A stretch of 63,903 nucleotides of DNA, counting the filler, from Phoronis australis (Eukaryota; Animalia; Phoronida): NCBI GenBank assembly GCA_002633005.1. It is 9 parts of 9 records of this genome, joined end to end, with 100 filler letters (N's around TTAATTAATTAA, not from the genome) between each part and the next. Parts side by side here need not be neighbours in the genome. Positions count along the whole stretch, not along the records: positions 21,673 to 29,283 come from NMRA01001999.1; positions 29,384 to 48,431 come from NMRA01000604.1; 7 more parts are not named here. One strand, given 5' to 3'. How positions within the stretch are numbered: position 1 is the stretch's first letter; each line of letters begins with the position of its first letter. The notes under the pieces are model-generated. The model was not told where the DNA came from. It saw nothing but the letters and a program-made list of their open reading frames with translations, and ran no database searches. The translations under genes and the position numbers were made by a program. Below, one piece after another: positions 24,367 through 39,100 of the stretch.

Positions 24367-27300
24367 CTGAAAATGGACAATAATGAAAGCATATTTTAAG
24401 GAAACTAACCATTTGCCCAGTTTCTAATCTTTTTACTCGAAATGGACTTGAAATTATGTTTGGCATTTTCTACTCTACTTTTGTGCAAACTTAAGATAAG
24501 TGTCTATTATTCTATGATTGTATACAGTACATAATGACTTATTAAGCAGATAATTTATTAGTCCTAGTTTGCAGGTGATAAACCCAACATAAAGGCTAAA
24601 AGTTCGAGTTTGAACTCGAAATTTAGAGTTTTCACTCGAGTTTGTAGCACAAATATAAGGGTCTTCAAGAGCAAACTTGGACTAGAAACTGCATCAACTA
24701 TAATGTATTCGAGCACAGTCTGATAACCTCTTATCTTGAGTTTGCTCAAAAGGAGCAGAGAAATTGCCATTAGAGACCGGGCAATATAGTAATTTACATG
24801 TCATGTCAGAATAGGTCACAGTAATACAACATAGAAAAAATATTCTTATTCTATCTGTAAAATAATGATACAAACAACAGCAACGTGGAGCATTGAAATG
24901 TGCCCACGATAGCACCGCAAATCGTAGGCTCTTAGAGGTGTTTATTAGTACTATAAAAATGGCCATTAGACAGCACAGAATACATTGAACACATCCCAAA
25001 GTGTGAAAATGTCGCAGTCTCACAAATTATAAGAAAACTATACCGAAAACAATAAAAATGGACACTAGACACAAGGTTGTGCAAAATACATATAATCCAT
25101 CCAAACGTGGGTAAATAACTTCATATCACTTACAGAGCCAATCTACCAAATTTTATGAAAATTCGCTCGGGACCTTTGAAGATACAGAGGTAAATGAAAA
25201 GAACTAAAAGTGCCATTACATGTAGGGGGCACACCGGCAGTAGGATCCGTCTAAAACTTCGCTCATGCCTTCCCATCTATAAACGAAAACCTGCAAAATT
25301 TCAGGAATACACATCTGAGGATTTTGTAGAGCAACGTACAAACAGTGATGATGGCATAATGTGCCCACATATAAATATGTGAGTGCATAAAATGTTTACA
25401 TTTCATCGATTGTAGATTTTTGATGTTAGTAGCATAATAAACCTTGGCCAACTAGAAAACCACTACCACTTGAGCAATCAATGAAGAAACAGGTGTGCCT
25501 TATGCTGCAAACACAATGGCCCATTGAATTCAGAGATTTCTTTGACCTGTCTAGTCATATTTGTTATCCCAAACTACACCTCAATTTTGTCGCAAAATTG
25601 AACATATTCCATTTGCCTGAATGAATCATTATCTGGTGAATATCTCATGCAAAATGGTGTAGTGTAGTGTAGGAGTGATTAAAAATTTTAATTCAGTACA
25701 TAGATCAAATTGGGTTGTGGCACAGAATTTCACCAACAGAAAAGCCATCATGAAAGGCCGTCTGCAGTAAACAACATGGAAAATTCTGTTTGTAACCAAT
25801 GTAAAATCAGAGAACATCTTGATCCATTGTCAAAAACGCTTATCCTAGGAAAACACTTTTGTTGGGTCTTAATGGTAGCTTTCAGAGTTTTCTGCCAAAG
25901 AAAATTGCCTTTACTGGACCGTGACGGACAGAATAACTCAAACTTCAGTATTTAAGCTTATTTGCTCTTTTGGAAGAGATTCAAAACTAAATTAGTGCAA
26001 TGAAACAGGTGTTTCTTTTTGATCAAAGTATAACGATTGACCTCTTGCATGAAATTATCACTTCAGGTAAGCGTTGGTATGCTTGGTACATGTACATGTA
26101 TGTGCACTAGGATGTAAACTTTCAACATAATTGAGCAATGCAAAAGCAACCCGTCATACGATCCTCACTTCTCTTCAATGACCGTAAACTAGAATACGTA
26201 TAAGAATGAGGGTAATTTTGTATATGATACCTGTTGGCATTTAGAAAAATTGTTATTCAAGAAAATAGGACTAAAAATTTTTAACGAGTAAATGTGCTAG
26301 GCTTGCTCAAGCCACTAGCCACTGGCGAATTCTGAGCGGCACTGGAAATAAGTTCATTCCCCAACTTGGCGAATGCTTTCGCTTCTTGACAATAAGAATT
26401 AATTTCGGGAAACCTACTTGCGTTTCAACTCAGTCAGCTCAAATCAAGTCACGCTGCAAAGTCAACGACATTCATATTTCGATTCAGAGTCATAAAAATA
26501 GCAAGCAATCGTTCCATTTTATGTCCGTCACCGCTCCTGAAATCACCCTTTTACAAGACAAAATGTTCATCTCGGTAGCGGAGGGGAGGGAGATCAGCGC
26601 TCTTGTTAATGACAATTTCATGCTTCACAGCGAGCTCACACATGTCTGCATGTGACATGAAATATGAATTTAAGCGTTAGATTTATTATTTGAAATTATA
26701 CGAGTCTTTCCTAATTCATTACAAACTTTACCAAATTTCAGCGCACACTTTGTCATGTCAAATATTGTTTGAGTATTGACAAGGAGTAAATTGCATAGGC
26801 GATGCCGAGAAGAACAAGTTTATCAATTTTCATTAAATCAAAATATGTCACGTTACACCTAGTCAGCTCCTAAAATATCGCAAGTGTAAAAGAGCCCTCG
26901 ATTATCCGATAGGAAAGGTGCCTGTGCCTTCCGAGAGGAGAACTTTATGGGGGAATGGGGACGATATTCGGTCCCAAAATCAAGGAATTGTCGTACCTGA
27001 AAGTTATTGAGAGACTGGGACACGTTTGCATTTCGGCGGTGGCCGAAAGAAAGCAAGGTAAAGTGAATGTCAGTGTGTTGCTTAATGAGTTTTATATTCA
27101 CTGCTCTGCACGATTCAGCTTTTAGTTTGCACGTCAAAATTTATGTTTACGTTTCTGGACCAAAATGTTTTGCTCTTCAAAATGTCCACGTGGGCAGGCG
27201 TACACTTTATCCCTGCAGTAACAAAGGGATAGGGGGAAACCTTGAACATTTTTTTAGGTCAACATCATTTAAATGTCCTTGTGGCCGGCCTTCCACTGCT

Positions 27301-27640
27301 ATAACACGGGATAGGGGGGGACTCCTGCCCAATTATTTTTAAGGTCAACATCATTTAAATGCCCATGTGGCCGGCGTACACACACACAATAACTCGGGTA
27401 CAGGGAGAACCTTGCGCAAACTTTTTATGTCATAACGAAACCCATGTTGGCCGACATCCTCTTCAACTTATTAGGTTGCAATACGACCTTGGAATGTTGA
27501 TCATTTATTTTTTTTCTTAAGGCATCATTTATGAAAAGAGCATGTGCATTACAAGAAAAATAAAATTTCGGTCTGTGTAACTGTGTTTTTGTCAATTGCT
27601 GGGGTTGGAAAAAGAAAATTAATTGTATGTCTTCATGTAC

Positions 27641-27691
27641 CTGTAAAGCTAGAGACATGGCCTCAGTTGTTGCAAGGCTTCGCACCACGGT
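27641..27691 (-). CDS. Candidate 51-nt internal exon (TVVRSLATTEAMSLALQ) of the same minus-strand gene
   Basis: TTTTTTCCTGAAAG| ... CAG|GTACAT; only phase 0 is open. Confidence 0.45.
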
Positions 27692-28016
27692 CTTTCAGGA
27701 AAAAATGGCCAAAAAATATCTGACGCAAAATTAATGACACTTTTTTGAGTAAACCAAATTAGTTGCCAACTCCAAAGAACTGCCGTTTTTTTAAAGTGAT
27801 ATATTTTTGTTGAAGAATACACAGAACATATCAAGAAATGATGACAAACCCATCAATTGCGAAACATTATATCTGCGTTGTAAACAATTCATAAATGAAA
27901 CTAATATACATAGAGGTATATATATTTAAGTAGTATTTAATATAAGTATTCCAATACTTAGATATGCTATTACGAATATATAAAAACAAAAGTATGTACA
28001 GATTCATGTATGGAAA

Positions 28017-28845
28017 TCAGGAGCAACAACATTGATAAAAGGTACATAAAAATTGGCTGACGTTGCTTAGGAGGAATTCATTGAGAAGTACATGTAGGTC
28101 AAGGTTAGGACTACCATTCAATAATAATGTAATTCTAGTTGGGAAATTATTACAAGATTTGAGATCGTTAACAATTGATTGGTTTTCATTGGGTGCACGA
28201 AAGAGCGAGTCTCTCAGGTATTCGATGAGGGGACATTTGAAGAAAATATGAGGATAACATTGATGGTCATCACATTTACAGTTTGGAGAGACATTACTAA
28301 AGTTATGCCTAAACTTGTCAAGGTTGAAGAAAAGACCATATATTGATCTGCACAATGTTATTTCGTTATCGCGGAGAAGGGAGAATTGAGCCAAGGGTGT
28401 TGAGTTATAAAAATTATGAAAAACAGTTCTAAAATTATTTTTTATACCCGTAAAAGAGTTGCTTTTCTTATCAGACACTGGAAGAGAATTCCAGTTGTTG
28501 ATGCACATTCTGAATGCCTGACTGAACGACGGAGGAATTGCATATGGGATGGAGGATCTCCAATCGCTACGATGGCCTTGTCTCTAGTAGTGTATAGATC
28601 AAATATTTTTTGACAGAGGCGTTGTTGACATTGTTTATTAGTTTGAAAGTAAATGCAGTCATGTGAAGATTGCGTCGAGTAGAAAGTTTAGGCCACTTGA
28701 GACTATTCAAAACTTTGGATCCTCTGTAAGCTCCGGTTATAAGTAAGGGAGCTTGATATTGTAACTTCTCCAAATGCTGGAGTGCATCCGTGTTGGCATA
28801 CTGGTATATAATATCACAATAATCGAAGTATAAAGGATTTGATCA
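28017..28845 (-). mobile_element. Degenerate non-LTR retrotransposon ORF2 3' fragment (CR1/L2-group-like)
   Basis: FDYCDIIY...LEKLQYQAPLLITGA...LKWPKLSTRR...FKLIN, then WNSLP....SF..IK and a C-terminal C.C......HIFFKCP zinc knuckle; frameshifted. Confidence 0.88.
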
Positions 28846-28890
28846 AAACTTCTAAATGTCAAGAATTCAGATGACGAGAGACAATCTTAA

Positions 28891-29283
28891 ATGAGAATGC
28901 CACCCCAAAAACAACCTATTTTGTGTCAATCTAGCTCGAGTACTAGTTCTACTCGATAACGGCAGGTTCGGTTGCGTTACCTGACACCTGACGGCAGATG
29001 GAGATGTTGAAATTATCCAATGACGTAATTGGTTTCACACGCAGTCTGTTCAGCAGTTCACAACACCGGTTAGTGGTGTCAGCTTATCGCTTGAATTCAT
29101 CGATTAACACCAATAAATCACCAAACATCAATGTAAAACCCTTAAAAATACACCGAGTTCTTATTAAAACGTGTCGTTTTATTTCGTTGTTACGGATTTA
29201 CTGGTGATTTGGAGACAACGTAGCCTACCGTAGTTCGGCAGGCCAATTTACCAAGGTCCGTAGCAGGAGTTTGGGGTCTGTTC
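28891..29283 (+). mobile_element. Kolobok-like element end (TTAA then ATGAGAATGCCACCC); homologous to 54610-55133 in reverse
   Basis: About 390 bp of close similarity; ORFs 28998..29207 and 54806..55024 are near-identical by-products; TTAA at 28887-28890 and 55134-55137. Confidence 0.8.
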
Positions 29284-29899
29284 NNNNNNNNNNNNNNNNN
29301 NNNNNNNNNNNNNNNNNNNNNNNNNNNTTAATTAATTAANNNNNNNNNNNNNNNNNNNNNNNNNNNNNNNNNNNNNNNNNNNNGAATTGAAAACAATTCA
29401 GAACAGTATTTTCAAGAAAAGCGCATAAAGTGTACAGTAATTCTCCTCGCATTACGCACACTAACCTCATTTCGCACTCCAAAATTTAGTTGGAAAAATA
29501 ATGTTTTGCCCGAGGCTTAACTTGGTTGGAATTTCTAATTTGCACACAGTCAACTTTGCACTTCGGAAAATATGAATGCAAAGCCATGCTATTAATCGTA
29601 ATAATACGCATTTCTATAACTATGTTAATAAGGTCTGAACGTTGCATATTCATTACTTAATTCACCTATTCATGCAGAATGTCTCACGGTGTTATAAACT
29701 TGAGGTTAAAGAGGTGACCTCAATGAGTGTCACATGACTCTGAGCTGATGAAGAGTGTTTCTCCAACGATGGGCGAAGTGCTTTAATGAACAGGACAAAG
29801 TAAAACACACAGACACACAGACACACACACGGACACACACACAGACACACACACAGACACACACACAAACACACACACAGACAGACACACACACACACA

Positions 29900-29942
<43 letters not shown>

Positions 29943-32900
29943 AGACGATTTCACACACCCATCAACTACTAATTCTTTATATTCAGTTGATTTGGTACAC
30001 CAGCTTATCAAGAAAATATATTAAATAATAATTTATCTTGTGAGAAATAAGTTATGTGAGACCATAGAAAAATGTCTGAATTTGGTGGGCCAACTTTGGA
30101 GCACCTTATCTCAGAGATGGCTATTCAGATTGGAATGATACTTTCAGATGTTGTGTTTGGTGGATTATTGAGACTTGTTTTAAAGCGTACCACTTGGGCG
30201 GGAGGGTCAGGCAAAAATTGAAAGTTTCACTCATGAGTTTTATAAGAAGTTGCATGAAATGAAATTGAAAGGATAATTTACATAACTGATGCATTGTTTT
30301 TAAGATTTTGTCTTGAACGTTTACATTTAATGAAATTTGGTTTTGTCGTTGATACCGTTAGTTTGCAGTGATTGTACATTTTTTGAAAAAGGACATTATT
30401 TAACAATTAACAATTTGTTAAGACATACACCAAATTATAATGACATCTTCGAGTCAGTTAATGTCAGATTGGTATTTGAAAGTCAGAATAACAATTAGGC
30501 TTTCAACTTTCTGAATTATGTTTAGTGGTTTAAACTTTGTAGATGTTTGCTAAATGTACAAACTTATCCATAACTGTCACATCCATATCAGGTTCTGTAA
30601 ACAAATGTAACTATGTCTGAAAATGAGCGAAAACATATGGTGTGCATATTGCCAGGTCTGCTATAAAGTATGGCAAATTCTTACTCTCTTGTCTTGATAA
30701 GATTTCCAATATTCCATGTCAATCAAGGTAATTAAATCATGATGAATGAATACTATAAATCTGAGAATACAACTTCTGGAATGTTAAGATGTTGTTCTTT
30801 ATCCCTGATTCATCCTTCAGATATAATATTCTCATTCATACAGTGCAACCCAAAAGTACTGGAGACAAAATGACCCGGATTTCTCTGTCATGCTGAATTC
30901 GTTGTCAGAGTAGTCTCCCCTGATGACTGTCAGAGTAGTCTCCCCTGATGACCAAGAATAAAGGGAAATTAACAAGAAAGTTAGCTGAGCCAGTCTGGAA
31001 TTAGAATTTTGCCCAGTAATAGTTATTGCCAGCCATTTTTGTTTTTAACGGAATTCGCCTTCATGACTTGGACACTATATTTTGTCAGATTACTTTTGTC
31101 TTGTTCTGTAGATTTGAGAACCAGTTTGATGACTGGTATTCATTGGAGAAAATTGGTTCTCAAAATGTAATTTTTTCAATCTAATCTCAAACTTAATGAA
31201 CTATAAATACACAAAACCTACTGAGAGTAACGTACACGAAGTAATATCCCACGAGACATTATTCCGCGTATTGACGGAGACCAAAGGTTGAGGTCAATAC
31301 TGTCGAGTGAGATATTACTTCATGTACACCAATCGAGGTACGTTTTGTATTTATCTCATACCTTTCGAATTCCTAAGTTTCTTTCATTTTTCCCGCAGAT
31401 TTTTTAAATACTTCACTGAGACGCACAGACAAATGCTCATGTTTTCTTTGCTTGTGAGGTATGCAAGGAGCAGAGGGTACAGCTCTTCCAGACACTCGAA
31501 CAATAACCAAATATTTATAAAAAATATTCTGAAATTCCGCAAGTGTACAACAAAATTAATTTTTTCTATATGGAAGTCAAGAACTCAAGCCAAATGAAAA
31601 TAAGGTTTTATTCGAAATAGTATCAAAATTTCTTTATAATATTAAATCTCTTTGTGTGAGTGGATAGAATTGTATACATGTGTATGAAAATGATTTATTT
31701 ACTTTTGTAATCATATGTCATTGTAATCTTAACAACAGTTTTTTAAATTTATGTATTTGTGTATAATAATTGTATACAGATTTCTTTTTTATGTATTTGT
31801 GTAAAATAATTGTATATAGATTTCTTTGTACTTTTTTAACCCAGACAGAATGCCTCTTGGCACTTTCTGGGTTATGTATATTCAATGTATCGAAGATTTC
31901 GTTATAAACATTATAAAAAAGACTGTTCACGTGGTGATCACATCCTATATGTATGTATTTGCCCGTTAGGCTGCAAGTTTTCTCTAGTAAAAGAAACAGT
32001 TTTAAATGTGATGATTTATTACTTGAAAAGAGATACCAATGATGAAAACAAGGGTAACTTTTCGTTGAACTTGTAACATCTCCTGAAAATAATTAAATAA
32101 CAACAATATTTGATATTGTAGTTACCGAGGAATCCACGCCTGAGTTGCAGACGATAAAATATTTAGCAAATGAAAACTTGAGACAGAACTGTTATATAAT
32201 TACCAGTCCTGTTCCAGATGTTACGATTGAGACCTGAACAATGTCGAGCCAACATTGACCTACCTTTTGAACTTTCTATGTCAGAGGTCACTGTTTAAGT
32301 AGTGCGGGAGGTGAATACTAAAAACTTTATTACATGGCCGTATTTCCCTCAACAGATTCAACGCGTATGGGATAAATGGATTTACTTGATAATTTCAAGT
32401 CTACGTTTTATGAACTGCTGACATTTTCAATCTTCTATAACTTCTTATGGTGAGCGTTGGTTATCAAACAAACAAAACAACGGAATCTGCCACCAGGTTT
32501 CGCCGGAAGCATGAAAATGTTGACATTGTCAATGAAATGTGATTGATAAATTGCCAAGGGAGTGCAGTAAAGAATTATGAATTTTTACATGTATAGTAAG
32601 ATGAATGGATGAAAATTATCTGTTCGCCTGACAGTACTTGTCAAAGATTGATGATTTGATGTTATTTCCTGCTGTCGTCTGCTCGAGTCATTCATGTGTG
32701 GCTCAGGTGCAAGCTTGTTGATTATTGGTTGCACTGCTCACATGTAAAAATGTGTCGACTTACTTCAGTGTAAGAACCGTCTTGTTTCAACTCATTTTTC
32801 TCAATGAAATACGGTAATTATCCACTTGTCAAAGTTGTCCTTTTCTAGTTTTCAAAAACCAGATTATTTTGCTACAACCTTAAACTTATTGTTACCAAAT

Positions 32901-33130
32901 ATTTTTATGACATGAACACAGCACAAGCCATGCCAGTAATAGACTTCATTTTTCTCAATCTTTGTTTTTGTGGGGAAGTTTTACAAAATACAATTTCACT
33001 CGTCAGCCACTTATGTGCTAAATAAGTGAAGGATTGTGGTTCTTAAGCTACAACAATGTATGTTTTATAGAAAATGGCCGAGTACCAGATTAGATTTTAA
33101 GTTTTAAGGTGGAGTCATTTTGTTTTACAG

Positions 33131-36100
33131 TTGTTGTTGAAGCGCAGAAGTGTTTGTGCAATCTCATATTCAACAGTAGTGCCGCCCAGAGAAAGTGTTG
33201 GTAAGTAACAAAACTTAGTCACATTTTCATCATGTATGACATTAAATATGTATAGTAAATTAAGAGTCAATGTTTATCTTACAATCACTGGCACTATTTC
33301 ATCAAGTTCTGGTATTCTGTCTGGTCACGTTTCGAGTGATTAAAATGATATTTGTTTTAATGTTCATTTTTATATCTTGCCTAGAAGTCCTCCCTTTTAA
33401 AGAGATTGTAGAAATTACGCGTTTGCCCGTTGAGAGAAATTTACTTTAAGATTATGTAGAACCCTAGAAAAACGTCCCAATTTGGCTAACTTCAGAACAT
33501 CATTTCTCAGAAGTAGCTGATCAGATTTATATAAAACTTACGCATTATTCTCCACAATTTTGTGAGGAATTGTTTTTATAATTTTCTACTTTTGCAAAAA
33601 TAGGACTTTTATGATTTTTATGAAAAACATCAAACGATGTATAAAACGAAATCATAATTAAACTTAGAAAATTATAACAGAGTTTTTGAGAATTTATCTT
33701 GAACATTTTCAAATTTGGTCATATTTGTACCGTTGTTTTGCTATGAATTTACCTCTCTCTTTTTGCTAAATGTTACTGAACAAACATGGTCACGTGAAAG
33801 ATTAGTGTAAAAAATCAAGGGTTTTTACTTTCAGAAAATACATACTTTTACTGAGTTAAAAATGTATGTTTTTGGCTAATTACACATTCTTGTCAATAAG
33901 GTCTTACATAACCTTAACTTGCGTCTGCTTGTTTCTTAACTTACTTCTCTGTCTGTTATTCCCCCCTCTACCTGCCTCAATTGCCCTCTATCTAACGCCA
34001 TACACCCCTCTCTCCTTCCCATCCCATCCAATCCCTNNNNNNNNNNNNNNNNNNNNNNNNNNNNNNNNNNNNNNNNNNNNNNNNNNNTCCCTAACTCCCT
34101 CCGTCCCTCTCTTCCATCCTCCTGGTCGTTTGTTAAGTTCATCTACCTCTTTTGATTTTAAAATTATCATCCAGAAAAATAGTTCTCATCGAATTTGTAC
34201 AGGCATGTGTCTGTCTGCATGTATGTGTTTGTGCTTGCAAGTCTACATGTGTCCCTTAACCTTTTAAATGCAGCCATGTAACGACTTGAACAATTTGTAG
34301 CAGGAAGGACGTGTAGAACACGCATTTCTTTAATGGAGGTAGGCTGACGTTTGTCGACAGCGAAGTGATTTCTTTACTTTCCAACGTCCATTAGTGGTGC
34401 TGAACCAATTGTCTGAAGGGAAAACATGTGTGCAGTCATTATGACCTAGGGCATTGATGTATTGTTGGACAGGATATGATGGTGGCAATACGGAGACACT
34501 ACCATCCATCATCCTGTGTCTAACCTGTGATGTTATCACAAAGTGATTCCGTGCACATGTAGTGCGGACAAGATCAGATGGAGATAATCACTGATATTCA
34601 TTTGAACATGATTAGTGCTCTTTGCGCGTTAACTCGGGTCTGCGTACACCATGGAGTCAAACATTGTAATTAGCTGTACTAAAAGGTTTCTCTGTCCGAG
34701 TCAAGCTTTGTTTTTCTCGAGCTTGTTTCTCTTCATGAATTTAGATGTTTGTAATTTTGTTCAAAAATAACGAAAGTATTGTTTTCAAAGGCTCGCATTG
34801 TGCTAATTATTTGAAAATTTTCGTTATTGTAAAAAGAGATAAACTCTTAACTGCAGTGCGCAAACTGTTGGTGAAATATGGACACGTGATAATTATGTAC
34901 GATAAAATCTCACTGATTTTGGAAAAAAATATTTGTCAAAATTGTCATTTTATTTTTCAAATTCTTTTAACATTGTTGTCAATGTCGACAATATTGTTGT
35001 CAATGTCGACAATATTGTTGTCAATATTGACAATATTATTGTCAATTTCGACAATATTGTCTTGTTAAATATGGTGGACAACTTGAACATGGTAAGGCAT
35101 TATTGTGGTGCCACATAATCTTTTATGAAAAAAACGTAAAATGAAATTTCTCTTTTATGCCAAATTGGGCCCTGAATTGATGAGATTTTACGGCTGATTG
35201 TTAGAACGACAATGAAATGGAAGAATTATCCGGTGTCCCCCAAAAAGTGGTCCACATCGCAACATTTGGTTGGCTGAAGTATTAACAATAATGATATCTT
35301 ACTCATTCTTCATTAAGAAATGTCCATTTGTAACTTTTAGGATCTAATGGGGTTAAAGGTCACATGTGCCCAACCTGGTCACTGATATTTTATGATGTAA
35401 TGGGGTTAAGGTCATATTACACCCCCCCCCTGACCTGGTCACACTGCTAGTATGTATATATTAGAGGAAGTTGGATTCTGGAATTTTCTGTGATTGTAAA
35501 ATATCTGAAGTGGAGTTCGTGGAAATAAACTCGGACCTGTCGAAGTATCTTGTTCGTATCATAATGTTGAGTAGTCTCATACTTGTTTATCCTCTAAATT
35601 TAAAGTTGCGTATTTTTGCGCCTTTGATAGTGTCATGCATACCTAGATCAATTCCATGGAATAGAAATGTGTATCAATCTCCGGCTGTCAATTCCTTTTT
35701 TATGACTTTCAGAATATTATCTATCTCTCTAAAAGAGCAACACGAGAATTTTATTGATTTTTGTAGCCACCATTCAGAATAACAAAAATGCAATAGAAGA
35801 AAGTTGATAGCTTTTTGTAGAAAGTGTAAATGCATCAGTTAACGTGGTTTGACATTTAGCATTAATAGCCTCATCACACTGTTCAAATTTGTTCTTGTTG
35901 TTAATCTTAAGTCATGAGGGATGAAAAGGTGAGTAGTTAGGGATTGTGGACAGAGTGAGATGTAGTTTGTGTTGGAGACATACTACCTGCACTGGTCTTG
36001 TGTTTGACGTATGATTATTTGAAATTCGTAACATTTGCTATTCTATGTTAAATGTGTTGTTTTCCGGCTTTGACGATGAGTTATCACTGTTTGACGTTTC

Positions 36101-39100
36101 AGCACTAACGGATGTGTTGAAGGAATTATGCAAAGGCTGAAAACGTACAAAGATCCATCGCTGATCTATGAGATCAAGTACTTTGACATGAGAATGCTGT
36201 TTTTGTTGACAGCCCTCTGCTCTGACATCAGGTAATCTCGATTTGAGACTAAACATTAAATAATCTGGCTTTTAGACTAAACATAAAATTATCTGGCTTT
36301 GAGACTAACAATCACATTTAATGAATATGTTTTTGTATCATTAGCAATCACATTGACAAATGGGTTACCTGCATTGGCCAATTGCTGTTTAGGAAGTTAA
36401 AATGTATTACTAACCAAATTTTCACCTTCATATCAACCTTTACCTTGTCTCTATTTTCTGTGCCAAGATGTTTTAATCATTCAGTTTACGATAAATAATT
36501 AAACACTGCTGCCCTTAGTCATTAAAGTCAAGGACTGAAGTCAGATTTTACCACACATTACAAAAATGGTATCTTGCTTTGGAACACTATACAGAGATGG
36601 GACTGCGGACATACCACTATGTGCATTTCTCTGGACTTACTATCTTTATGATAAATACTTTTGGATAAAAAATATGTAAAAGTTAGAAAGAAAAGGTTGG
36701 AAATATTAGTTTCTTTATTTTAATTGCATGAAGATAAAAATGTACAAAAATTAAAATATGTTTAAACAAAAGAAAAGCAATGACCAAGGTGTTCAAATGC
36801 TATAATCATTTTCTCTTCTTTGTTTCATGATTTATAAACTGCCATACAAATTATACCCCAGTCACCCCGATCACCTGCAGCAGACAGGGCATTATCATAC
36901 CTTTGGTGTTTCTAAGGCAATAAACCTAATTGGATGGAAGTAATTATAGGCACACTACTTTCAAACAAAGATTTACATGCTTAATTAACTCAGGCATGCA
37001 TTTATAAATAGGCTTACCTTGCCGCTTTGCTGGGGTAAAACACCTCGCCTAGCCTAGTCTTAGTGTAGGACAGTCTAAAAATACTATTCACATGGCATGC
37101 TCGTCGGAAATTGTCTGATAATAATGCGTTTTGTTGAATTCCTTTTTTATATCCAACTGTTCTGTGGTTTGTTCCCAGGCCCAAACTAGTGACAGAACTG
37201 CACGGGTTGCAGTATTTACTAGAAGTGCTTGATTTAACATTACGTGAGGCCGAGGAAAACCGCGTCAGTCTGAGCGACAACAGTGTCGACCTCTGTAGTG
37301 AGGTGTTGAAAATACTCTTCAACATAACCGTCGTTGTTGACCGAGGTCGACTCGATGAGGTAAGTACTTGAGAGTTGGATGGATACGTCACGTGGTTTTT
37401 ACAATAATGCAAAAAATTTGTGTTTCTTCTTGGTGAACGATGCACAAGGCATGACCACTTAATAGAGGATTTATGACTTTTAGCGTTAATAGTGTTAAAG
37501 CTGCTTTTACGTGGCTATAATTCGAATTGGGCTTCTTTACTGTCATGAAGTTGTTCTTATTATATTCCACATGGAAACTATCAGCGACTGAAGAATACAC
37601 TTCAGAGTTTACTGGGATTGGACAGCCATAAAATTGCAAATTCAATAATGGCACATTGTACACGTTGCCTGTAAATGAAATAAAATCCTGGACGGAGACC
37701 AATTTTATGAGAGTAAATGATCTAATTTTAGTTTAATTTTATAGCCAGGTGAATGAAGCAAAATGCAACTATAACTTAGTGATTGCATTATTTTTCTGTA
37801 TTTTTATTAAAGGCAGTCCTGGTTGTTAAATTCTTTATCTCCAATTTTTGTTGTTTACAACATAATTCTCTCCCTCATCAGTTCTGCTTACATTGCTCTG
37901 TTACATTCTCAGGAAGCCGAGGCCCATTTCATGCGGTTGGTGAGTGTCCTTCGAGAGTTACTGCTGTGCAAAACTGCTACCAAAGAAAAAAGAGAGGAGC
38001 TTCACAGGTATGTAAGACAGACGTTTCTCACTGCACAATAACGAGAAATTTGATCCTTTCAGTTACTGCATACAGCTCCATGTTTGATTTTGTTTTGACT
38101 TTAGCTGCATTGTGTAGGTCGAGAAACTCTTGAAACCTGTCTTGTATCTATGGAAGGCAGTCATGGTCTTGCTATATACGTGGTCAGGCTTTAAACTTTG
38201 ATCATTCCAAAATGTTCAGTGAGGCAAATTACCGTGTACAGGCTGAGTACTGGCTGAGCTTGTTCTTAAGTCTGATTGAATCCTTGGTCAACATTTAGTG
38301 TGAGATTTGAGCGCTCTTACTGCATTGATGTTGGTTTAGCTTCTATTGAACAAGACTGTAGCCTATTTCTTACTGATTTATGACATCTAAGTTCGTCATA
38401 TAAATGTTATGATGTTTGTTCATCATCGCCCACCTCATCATCATATTCGTCATCGTCTTCGTCATCATCTCCGTCGTCGTTTTAGTTAATTTCAGCAAGT
38501 GTCGCTCAAGACTGTAGCCTATTTTTTACTGATTTCTGACCTCTACGTTCGTCATGTGTATGTTATCATTACTTGTATTGTTCATCATCGCCACCATCGT
38601 CGTCATATTCGTCATCTTCTTCATCATCTTTATCGTCATCTTTTTGGTCAATTTCGCCAAGTGTCGCTCCTCGGAGCCCTTTCATTTTAATGGGTCATTG
38701 CTGTATCAAAACAACACTTAGTGATATGTTTAAAGTCCCTCAGTGAACATTCACAATAAAGAACAAAACCACGGGACATTGCAAAAGACCCATTCTTTAT
38801 TAAAGTTACATGCTACATGAACTCTCCGTTTGTTTGACCTGTTCAGTTAAGCTTGAAGTGCTAGTAAGCTTAGTCAACCTGTTCGCTATCCTATGTTCTC
38901 ACACATATCATCCGCTTTGTCAGTCACATTTTTCCAACATATTGACCTGACCTGCTGACCTGACCTGCTGACCTTTGCCCTTGTAGCCATACAGTGAACC
39001 TGCTTGTCAACATGCCATCATCATGCTATGAGGAACTGCTAACACCAATGAACGACGCTGCAAGCAGTGCTTTGAGTAGGGAGGTGGAGTACGATGGACG

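Noticed and set aside
23829-24383. 184-aa plus-strand ORF
   Set aside because: TTG start, no motifs, antisense to a probable terminal exon and 3' UTR.
28998-29207. Apparently conserved small protein shared with 54806..55024
   Set aside because: The similarity is nucleotide-level repeat homology, not evidence of coding.
29692-30024. Cys-Val and His-Thr repeat ORFs
   Set aside because: CA/TG microsatellite artefacts.
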